A stretch of 62,601 nt of DNA, counting the filler, from Chiloscyllium plagiosum (taxonomy: Eukaryota): assembly GCF_004010195.1 (NCBI RefSeq). It is 3 parts of one record of this genome, joined end to end, with 100 filler letters (N's around TTAATTAATTAA, not from the genome) between each part and the next. Parts side by side here need not be neighbours in the genome. Positions count along the whole stretch, not along the records: positions 29,059 to 56,822 come from NC_057714.1; positions 56,923 to 62,601 come from NC_057714.1; 1 more part is not named here. One strand, 5' to 3'. The notes under the pieces are model-generated. The model was not told the origin of the DNA, did no database searches, and was given only the letters and a program-made list of their open reading frames with translations. Made by a program: the position numbers and the translations under genes. This document shows, one piece after another, positions 50,075 to 59,900 of this stretch; positions within the stretch are counted from its first letter, which is position 1, and every line of letters begins with the position of its first letter.

Positions 50075-50672
50075 ATGATGGCGACAGCGGAGAAGACAGC
50101 ATCTGGACTCTTGAGATCAGGGCTCGTCCATTCCATCCTCGTTTCTTTTTTTTCCCTACTTTTCTCGTCCTTTCTTCTCTTCGTTGTAGTTGTATAGTTT
50201 TTTTTAACTAACCTTTTGGACAGAGAACAGTCTTGGAGGCAATGGCAGCAACAGCATCAGAGTCCGGAGTCTGGAGTGTGCCAGTGGCTGTGGCCCATGG
50301 CACTTTAACAGGTGACAGAGGCGTGGCCGACAAGCTCAGTCCAGTGCAGGTACAAGTGTGTCCTTGTGGGGTGTGGCCCAGTGCAAGGGAGAGCAATCTC
50401 TTGTGGGGAAAATCCAGTGCAGAATGACCACCGGCCCATGGCTATAGAAGCACTGTAACTGTTGAACTTTTAACTGTATTTATTTATTTTACTAAGAAGA
50501 ACTGTAATGTTGAGCTTTTAATTTATTTTTTAGCTGTCTAATTTGTACCTACGATTTTGTCGCTAGGTACCTTAGTACCTAATATGGCACAGGGAATGCT
50601 GACATTGTAAACTTTTCACTGTACTCCTATATCCCTGTACTCGAGTACATGTGACAGTAAAACTTAATTCTA
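50075..50672 (+). mobile_element. Non-autonomous element with a Rex1/Babar-like 3' end
   Basis: ATGGCG start; ends TTTTCACTGTACTC..GTACATGTGACAGTAAA..AATTCTAA; no ORF. Confidence 0.4.
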
Positions 50673-51269
50673 AGGTCAGGAAGCCATCATCCATTCTATT
50701 ACCACTACTGGTGCGAAGGTTCTTATAAACATTTGAAATACAGCATTATGCTCCATCATGGACAATAATTTCAAAAGCATTAACCTGTGTCTTTAAAGTT
50801 AAACAGGTTAAATAAAAGTGCATCAAGATAGTGGAAACAGAAATGCTAGATAAGTGTAACGCAATTCTAGCATGTAAAGGGTGACAGACAGTCAAAGGGT
50901 AACGTTGTCTGAGAAATTGGTTTGGAACTTGGAAATGTTTTTCTGTCACTCACATATTGAAGATATCCATCTAACAAATTCCTTCAATCAGTGTGTCTGA
51001 GCGGCTGTCTCCATAGTGTTCCTGCTGAGTACCCTCTGTAGTATTATCCTGCAGCATGTTTAGCGATCGATACCAGCAACAGATCTCTGAACGCCCGCTG
51101 AGTGAAGTGGGATTCTGAGCTCCCTCAGACCAAGCTGCCAGCCTTAAAAGTGTTTATTCTTTTATAGGATGTGGGCATTAACAGCAAGGCCAGCTTGTCT
51201 TACCCAATCCTATTTGCTCTTGAATTGAGTGGCTTTTCAGGGGGCAGTTAAGAGTCTGTGGGTCACATA

Positions 51270-51830
51270 TGTTATGAACCAATCCAGACCCTTCAAAACA
51301 TTTCCAGAATGTAGCCCAGATCCTAACTTTGATAGTTGTTTTAAGCAAGTGTGAAGTGGATTTTCAGGGAGTGATCCAGCTGGTCAAACTAGTTAGTGTT
51401 AAATAAAACAGAATTTATTTTCAAGATTACTGAATGAAACACAAAGAACAGAAAACAGAATACCGAATAACTTGTCCTATCTGAAAATCCAACAGACTAT
51501 CTCAACTTAATGATGCTATTTCAAATACTTGCAACAATCCCCATAAACACCCCTTGGCATAAAAGGAAAAATCAAAACAGGGTCTTACAGGAGAGATGTC
51601 AGAGAAAGAGGACCAGCCTGGACCTGCTTCTTTGGGACCAGCAGCCTTTCTTTCAGACTATTGTTAAAAAAAACCAAACCAGAGAAGAGCTGAGCTGGGA
51701 GAACTGGCCACCCCCCTTTCATTATACAAGTTTAAAAAAGAACTTGAAAGCCTTCTGCCTGAGGCAGTCTCTGTCAGCCATTATCAATTTGGCCCAAAAA
51801 CCCTTCACCTCGAGACTTTCAGAGTCCTAG
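51270..51830 (-). mobile_element. LTR fragment related to 7741-8343
   Basis: TGTTATGAACC..GTAGCCCAGATCCTAACT; another piece at 52745-52885. Confidence 0.6.
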
Positions 51831-51831
51831 T

Positions 51832-52018
51832 GATACCAACCCAAAGAAACCCAAGTAAATAAATAGAAAGCAGGAATTTTCAGCAGTGCTTCGCCTGAGG
51901 CCCATTGAAGATGTTATCTAGCAGGGTGAAGAAACGTCTGGAAATGAACCTTCCAGCTCAGTGAGCAAATCTACATCCAAAACCTCAACCTGAGCTACAA
52001 ATCTTCTCAAAACTCACT
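51832..52018 (+). mobile_element. Penelope pLTR family B (solo)
   Basis: Matches 34150-34339; HHR has a TTGAAGA (C3U) core but intact GAAACGTC. Confidence 0.85.
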
Positions 52019-52194
52019 ATGTAGATTTTTATTGTCTAAATTTAAATACTGCTAACTGCCAAAGTGGAATATGAATCCACATCTCTAGAACAGTAGTCTG
52101 AGGTGCTAGACTATTAGTGCAATGACATTATTGCTACACTACCATCTCGAAATGTATGCATGTTGTTAGACCAGACCTTTGAATGTTGTTGGGA

Positions 52195-52745
52195 CTGTTG
52201 AGGTTGTACAGGATGTTGGTGAGGCCTCTTCTCGAGTAATGTGTCCAGTTCTGGTTGCCCTTTTATGGGAAGGATATTATTAAACTGGACAGGGTTCAGA
52301 AAAGATTTACCATCATGTTGCTGGAAATGGAGGGTTTGAGTTATAAGGAGAGAGTAGATACACTGAGACTTTTTACACAGGAACATGAGAAGTGACTTTA
52401 TAGAGGTTTATAAAATTATGAGGGCATAGATAAGACAAATAGCAAAGGTCTTTTCCCCAGAGTGGGGGATTTCAAGATTAGGGGGCATATTCTTAAGGTG
52501 AGGGGAGAAAGATTTAAAAAGGACATGAGGGGCAATGTTTTTTACACGGACAGTGTTAGTGTGTGGAATGAACCACCAGAGGAAGTGCCAGATGCAAAAT
52601 ATGTTTCATCCATGGTATGTGGGCATTGCTAGCTGACCAGTAATTGGCCAAATACGGCAGATGGGATTAGTTTAGTTTGGGAACATGATTGGCATCAACT
52701 AGTTGGACCAAAGGGTCTGGTTCCATGCTGTATGACTCTATGACC
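52195..52745 (+). mobile_element. CR1 3' region
   Basis: LYRMLVRPLLE*CVQFW; CR1 3' UTR. Confidence 0.85.
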
Positions 52746-52889
52746 AACTCCCTCAGAGCATATCAAGAAGGTAGTCTAGACCCTAACTTTTTCTTATTTA
52801 AGGTAAGTGTAAGGTATTGCATTCCAGATGTGTTTTAATTGGTCAAATTACTAGGCATTAAGAAAAATAAACTTTATTATTACACCAGG

Positions 52890-53262
52890 TTTACAACAAA
52901 TTTCACCAGTTTCCTCACTTCCCCTCCTCCCACCTTATCCCAGAACCAACCCTCCAACTCTGCACCGCCCTCTTGAACTGTCCTCCATGTCAATCCTCCT
53001 TCCCACCTATCCGCTCCACTCTCCTCTCCAACCTATCACCTTCTCCCCCACCTACATCTACCTATCGCATTCCCAGCTATCTTTCCCCCAGTCCCAACCC
53101 TCTCCCATTTATCTCTCAGCTTTCTTGGACCACAAGCCTCATTCCTGATGAAGGGCTTATGCTTGAAACATCGATTATCCTGCTCCTCGAATCCTGCCTG
53201 ACTGGCTGTGCTTTTCCAGCACTACACTCTTCGAGCATCTGTAATCCTCACTTTCACCTCAT
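52890..53262 (+). mobile_element. PLE 3' region plus pLTR, HHR at 53141-53177
   Basis: CTGATGA-A-GGGC-TTAT-GCTT-GAAA-CATC-GATT. Confidence 0.75.
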
Positions 53263-54829
53263 TGCAGTCAGCAGGTTCCCTGCACTTGGGGAACTTCACA
53301 AATAAGAAGGACAAAATGATATGAATGAAGTGACTCTGAAATCACTCTAAGTTATCTATCCAAGAATTACATGTGATGTGCATTAGAACTAACCAAATCC
53401 CAGGCTAGTGTGCTGTGAATGTGATATCTACACTTCAATAGATCTTACCTGAGAATTATAAACACATGTATTTATACCTCCCTGAGATCCTGCAGCAGAA
53501 TCAAACAGTCCAGCTCTTGCTGATGTTAATTCTGCTGAAGCTCATTACTCAAGGTAATTCAGAAACATCTGCACCATTGCCTCAGGAGAAATTATTTTGG
53601 AATTAAGAAAGTATATTTCTAAAGCTGAGTATAAGTTGCCTAAACCCAAATATCTAATAGAGACATTTTCATAATCTTTAATATTCAGCCATTCTTGCTG
53701 AAAAATAATCTTTTCTGGACCTTTGCATTGGCTTCACTAAAAGTTCCAAATTGTTTGATTTTAAAAAAATGGTGGATAATGTTCTAATTGGCTTGGAGCA
53801 AGATCACCCGAAGATTTGCCCTGGTGAATTTAGATTAAATGCTACTTTAGGAAATGTGTTCTAAGTTACTGTGATGCTACTTAATATTCCTGGATTCAGC
53901 CCCAACTATCCTGCATCTGGAGTCTTAGAGTCTACATATGCTGCTGGAATTTTAATGTCATATATGTCTGAATGATGGCAGCTTCCATTATTCTTAAGTT
54001 AAGAAAACACTCTGGTTATACTTTCTGTTTTTGCCCAACAATATAAATAATTTTCATGCCAATTGCAATCAAAGGCTTTGGTGATAGTTTCTGATCATGA
54101 AGACATTTGGTCCTTGGGTCAAAATGGCTTTTTTCCCTCAATTTGTGAATTTTTTATTTGTTGATTTCCATACATGTTCAGTACATTTTTCATTATCTTG
54201 GCTAGAAATGCCATTTAACTTTAACCCATTGTAAGGTGTGTTAGTGAGATTTCCACTGATCCTACAACAAGGGATAAGCATAAGAGGCCTGAGGGCGTTT
54301 CTGACCTCTGTTTCACCTTAACCAAGCTTACAACTGGGAGAAAGTTTACATTTGTTCTATGTTATATTGTATCTAGATTTTCATCCAAATTAATGCTTGT
54401 TTTGTGGTGGTGGTTGTTTAGATCTTGGAAATATTCTAATTGACATGTCAGTTATGCATGTAACAGGAGTTTTATTTGCAACTGCTTTTAAGACATCTGC
54501 TCTCCCATGCTCCCAGCTTTGTCCTTTCAGTTTAAATTCAATTTCTCAAGTAACAAGACCCAGCCTGGGCTAACTGTACACAGTGACCACTCAACAGACA
54601 AATCAAACAGTAAAGAATTGACTACTGAAGTGGCAAATTGCCTCAAAGTACCATATAATTTAATTTGTAAAATCTGGTAACTTCACGAAAACCTAACTAA
54701 GAAAGTTGCTGAATTGCTGTGAAAACCCATTTGTTCAGTAATGATCTTCAGGAAAGGTAACTAATACCAGTACAAATCTATATAAAAAAAACTGCAGATA
54801 CTGGAAATCAGAAATAATCAGAAGCTGTG

Positions 54830-56402
54830 AGTAGTGAGGCATTGTGGGTGGAGCTGAGAAATAAGAAGGTGCAGTTACATTGTTGGGGCTGTATTACAGG
54901 CCTCCCAACAATGAGTGTGAGGTAGAAGAACAAATAGGTAAACAGATTATGGAAAGATGTAGAGGCAATAGGGTAGTGGTGATGGGAGATTTTAATTTTC
55001 CCAACATTGACTGGGATACACTTAGCGTCAGAGGTCTGGATAGAGTAGAATTTGTAAAAAACGAGAGAGCTTTCTAGAGCAGTATGTCAATAGTCCGATG
55101 AGGGAAGGGGCCATATTGGACCTGTTACTGGGAACGAGCCAGGACAAGTGGTAGACATTGCGATGGGGGATTTCGTTGGGAACAGTGACCACAATTCTGT
55201 AAGTTTTAGAATACTCGTAGATAAAGAAGAGAGTGGTCCTAAAGGAAGAGTACTAAACTGGGCCAAGGCCAAATATACAAAAATTAGGCAGGAGCTCAGA
55301 AATGTGGATTGGAAACAGGTATTTGAAGGGAAGCCCATATTTGAGATGTGGGAGGCTTTCGTAGATAGGTTAAAGATAATGCAGGATAGGCATGTCCTGT
55401 TGAAGGCAAAGGATAGGAAGGGCAAGATTCGTGAACTGTGGATGACAGGAGAAATTGTACAACTAGCCAAGAGGAAAAGGGAAGCATACATAGGTCTAGG
55501 CAGGTAAGAACAGAACAGGCCCTGGAGGAATATCAAAAGAATAGGACAATTCTTAAATGAGGAATCAAGCAGGCTAAAAGGGGTCATGAAATAGCTTTAG
55601 CAAGCAGAATTAAGGCGAATCCCAAAACATTTTATTCTTATATAAGAAGCAAGCGGGTAACTAGAGAAAGGATTGGTCCACTAAAGGATAATGAAGGAAG
55701 GCTATGTGTCAAACATGAGAGAATGGGTGAGATTCTGAATGATTACTTTGCATCAGTATTCACTAGGAAAGGAACATGAATCTTGAGATTAGAGATAGAA
55801 GTTTGATTAGTCTGGATTACGTTGGCATAAGTAGGGAAGATGTGTTGGGTAGGCTAGAGGTTATTAAGGTGGACAAGTCACCAGGACTGGATGGGATCTA
55901 TCCCAGGTTGCTGAGGGAGGCGAGAGAGGAAATAGCTGGGGCCCTGACAGATATCTTTGTGGCATCCTTAAAAACAGGTGAGGTGTCGGAGGACTGGAAG
56001 GTTGCTCATGTTGTCCCCCCTGTACAAGATGGTAGTAGGGATATTCCAGGTAACTACAGACCAGTGAGCCTGATGTCAGTGGTGGGAAAGTTGCTGGAGA
56101 GGGTACTGAGGGATAGGATCTATTTATATTTAGAAAAGAATGGGCTTATCATTGATAGGCAACGTGGTTTTGTGCGGGGGAGATCGTGCCATACCAACTT
56201 AATAGAGTTCTTCGAGGAAGTGACCAAATTGATATATAAAGAAAGGGCTGTTGATGTCATATACATGAACTTTAGTAAGGTGTTTGATAAGGTTCCCCAT
56301 GGTAAACTAATAGAGAAAGTAGTCACATGGTGTGCAGGGTGTTCTAGCTAGGTGGATAAAGAACTGGTTGACCAACAGGAGACAGAGAGTACTAGTTGAA
56401 GG
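54830..56402 (+). mobile_element. CR1 ORF2 (APE endonuclease plus RT N-part), cut by a PLE insertion
   Basis: LGLYYRPPN..VVMGDFNFPNIDW; NSDHNSV; NYRPVSLMSVVGK..TNLIEFFEEVTK..FSKVFDKVPH. Confidence 0.93.
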
Positions 56403-56822
56403 GATGATTCGGAGATGCCGGTGTTGGACTGGGGTGTACAAAGTTAAAAATCACACAACACCAGGTTATAGTCCAACAGGTTTAATTGGAAGCACACTAG
56501 CTTTCGGAGCGACGCTCCTTCATCAGGTGATTGTGGAGGGCTCGATGCAAAACATGTCAGATTGTGGACATAGATACCACTATTACGCGTGGGAACACCT
56601 CCCACCCTGTACAGGGCAGATACTCATGTGACTCAGCCAACATTGTCTATCTTATACGTTGCAGGCAGGGATGCCCAGAGGCATGGTACATTGGGGAAAC
56701 CGAGCAAAGGCTACGACAACGGATGAATGGGCACCGCACAACAATCAACAGACAGGAGGGTTCCCTCCCAGTTGGGGAACACTTCAGTGGTCCAGGACAT
56801 TCAGCCACGGACCTTCGGGTGA
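56403..56822 (+). mobile_element. Young PLE: inverted pLTR (56403-56545) plus 5'-truncated GIY-YIG body running into the gap
   Basis: CKTCQI..YSCDSANIVYLIRC..WYIGETEQRLRQRMNGHR..GEHF, open frame. Confidence 0.9.
56495..56529 (-). ncRNA. Minimal hammerhead ribozyme (family D)
   Basis: Reverse complement CAC-CTGATGA-A-GGAGC-GTC-GCTCC-GAAA-GCTA-GTG; palindromic AGCU stem III, CUA site. Confidence 0.85.
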
Positions 56823-56922
56823 NNNNNNNNNNNNNNNNNNNNNNNNNNNNNNNNNNNNNNNNNNNNTTAATTAATTAANNNNNNNNNNNNNNNNNNNNNN
56901 NNNNNNNNNNNNNNNNNNNNNN
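56823..56922. other. Assembly gap or artificial linker (N44-TTAATTAATTAA-N44)
   Basis: Same 100-bp layout as 28959-29058. Confidence 0.95.
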
Positions 56923-59900
56923 CTATGTTCTATGTATGTCAGCCTGGTCTCTCTGCGGTAATTCAGCCCGGTCTCTCTTGGTATGTCAGTCCGGTCTCTC
57001 TGGGTATGTCAGCCCGGCCTCTGTGCGGTACGTCAGACCGGTCTGTGTGTGGTATGTCAGCCCGGTTTCTCAGCGGTATGTCAGCCCAGTCTCTCTGCGC
57101 TATGTCAGCCCGGTCTCTCTGCTGTATGTCAACCTGGCCTCTAAGCGGTATTTCAGCTCGGTCTCTCTGCAATATGTCAGCCTGGTCTCTCTGTGGCATG
57201 TCAACCCGGTCTCTGTGCGATATGTCAGCCCAGTCTCTCTGCGGAATATCAGCCCAGTCTCTGGGCGGAACGTCAGCCTGGCCTCGCCTGGTCAGCCTGG
57301 TCTCTCGGCTGTATGTCGGCCCGGTCTCTCGGCTGTATGTCAGCCCGGTCTCTCTGCGGTATGTCAGCCCAGTCTCTGTGCGGTATGTCAGCCAGTCTCT
57401 GTGCGGTATGTCAACCCGGTTTCTCTGTGGTATGTCAGCCCGGTCTCCCAACGGTATATCAGCCCGGTCTGTCTGCGGTATGTCAACCCGGTCTCTGCCA
57501 TATATTATTCCGGACTCTGGGCTGTATGTCTGCCTAGTCTCTGAGTTGTATGTCAGCACGGTCTCTCTGCAGTATGTCAGCCCAGTCTCTTGGTGGTATT
57601 TCAGCCTGATCTGCCTGTGGTATGCCAGCCCGGTCTCTCTGCGGCGTGTCAGCCCGGTCTCTGTGCAGTATGTCAGTCTGGTCACTGTGCAGTATGTCTG
57701 CCCGGTCTCTGTGCGGTATGTCAGTTCAGTCTCTGGGAGTTGTGTCAGCCCAGTCTCGACGTTATGTTTTTCCGGTATCTGGATGGTATGTCTGCTCAGT
57801 CCCTGCGGTATGTTATTCCCGTCTCTGGGTGATATGTCTGCCCGATCGCTGGGCGGTATGTCAGCCCGATATGTGAGTGGTATGTCAGCCCAGTCTCTCA
57901 GCAATATGTCAGCCGGGTCTCTCTGCGGTAAGTCAGCCCGGTCTGTCAGCAGTACGTCAGCCTGGTCTCTGGGCAGTATGTCAGCCTGGTCATTCTGCGG
58001 TATGTCAGGCCGGTCTGGACGGTATGTCAGCCCGGTCTGTCAGTGGTATGTCAGCCTGGTCTCTGGGCGGTATGTCAACCCGGTCCCTGCGGTATGTTAT
58101 TCGGGCTGTGGGTGGTATGTCTGCCCAGTCGCTGGACGATAAGTCAGCCCGGTCTCTCGGCAGTATGTCTGCCCGGTCTCTGTGCGGTATTTCAACCCGG
58201 TTTCTCTGTAGTATGTCAGCCCGGTCTCTCTGCAGTGTTATTCCGGTCTCTGGGCGGCATGTCTGCCCGGTCGCTGGGCGGTATGTCAGCCTGGCCTCTG
58301 GGCAGCATGTCAGCCCAGTCTCTCTGCGGTATGTCAGCCCGGTCTCTGCGGTATGTCTGCCCGGTCATTGGGCGGTAAGTCCGCCCTGTCTCTCTGCGGT
58401 ATGTCAGTCTAGGCTCTTAGTAATATGTCAGCCCGGTCTCTCTGTGGTATGTCAGCCTGGTCTCAGGGCAGTTTGTAAGCACGGTCTCTGGACCGTATAT
58501 CAGTCTAGTCTCTCTGCGCTATGTCAGCCCGGTCTTTCTGCTATATATCAACCTGGCCTCTAAGCGGTATTTCAGCCCGGTCTCTCTGCATTATGTCAGC
58601 CTGGTCTCTCTGCGGCATGTCAACCCGGTCTCTGTCCAGTATGTCAGCCCGGTCTCTGTGCGATATGTCAGCTCAGTCTCTGGGCGGAACGTCAGCCTGG
58701 TCTCGCTGTGGTATGTCAGCCTGGTCTCTCTGTGGTATGTCAGCACGTTCTCTGGGCGGTATGTCGGCCCGATTTCTCTGCAGTACGCCAGCCCGGTCTC
58801 TCGGCTGTATGTCGGCCCGGTCTCTCGGCTGTATGTTGGCCCGGTCTTTCTGCGGTATGTCAGCCGGTCTCAGTGCGGTATGTCAACCTGGTTTCTCTGT
58901 GGTATGTCAGCCCGGTCTCCCAACGGTATATCAGCCCGGTCTGTCTGCAGTATGTCAGCCCGATCTCTGGGGCGGTATGTCAGCCCAGTCTTCTGCGGTA
59001 TGTTATTCCGCTCTCTGGGCGGTATGTCAGCCCGGTCTCTCTGCACTATGTCAGCACGGTCTCTCTGAGGTATGTCAGCCCGGTCACTGGGCAGTATGTC
59101 AGCCTGATCTCTCTGCAATATGTCAGCCCAGTCTCTGGGCTGTATGTCGACCCGGTCTCTCTGTGGTATGTCAGCTCGGTCTCTCTGTGATATGTCAGCC
59201 AGGACTCCCGACGGTATATCAGCTCAGTCTCTCTGCGGTATGCCAGCCCGGTCTTTGTGTGATATGTCAGCCCGGTCACTCTGCGGTATGTCAGCCCGGT
59301 CGCTGGCTGGTTATTCAGCCCGGTCTCTGGGCAGTATGTCAGCCCGGTCTCTCTGCGGTATGTCAGCCCAGTCTCTCTGCAGTATGTCAGTCTGGTCTCT
59401 GCGCGGTATGTCAGCCCAGTCTTCTGCGGTATGTTATTCCGCTCTCTGGGCGGTATGTCAGCCCAGTCTCTCTGCGGAATGTCAGCCCAGTCTCTGGGCA
59501 ATATATCAGCCTGGTCTCTCTGCGGTATGTCAGCCCAGTCTTCTGCGGTATGTTATTCCGCTCTCTCTGCGGTATGTCAGCCCGGTCTCTCCGCGGTATG
59601 TCAGCACGATCTCTGGGCGATATGTCAGTCCGATCTCTGTGCGATATGTCAGCCCGCTCTCTGTCCGGTATGTCAGCCCAGTCTCTCTGCGGAATGTCAG
59701 CCCAGTCTCTGGGCGGAACATCAGCCTGGTCTCGCTGTGGTATGTCAGCCTGGTCTCTCTGCAGTATGTCAGCACGATCTCTGGGCGGTATGTCAGCCTG
59801 ATCTCTCGGCTGTATGTCGGCCCGGTCTCTCGGCGGTATGTCGGCCCGGTCTCTCGGCGGTATGTCAGCCGGTCTCTGTGCGGTATGTAAACTCGGTTTC

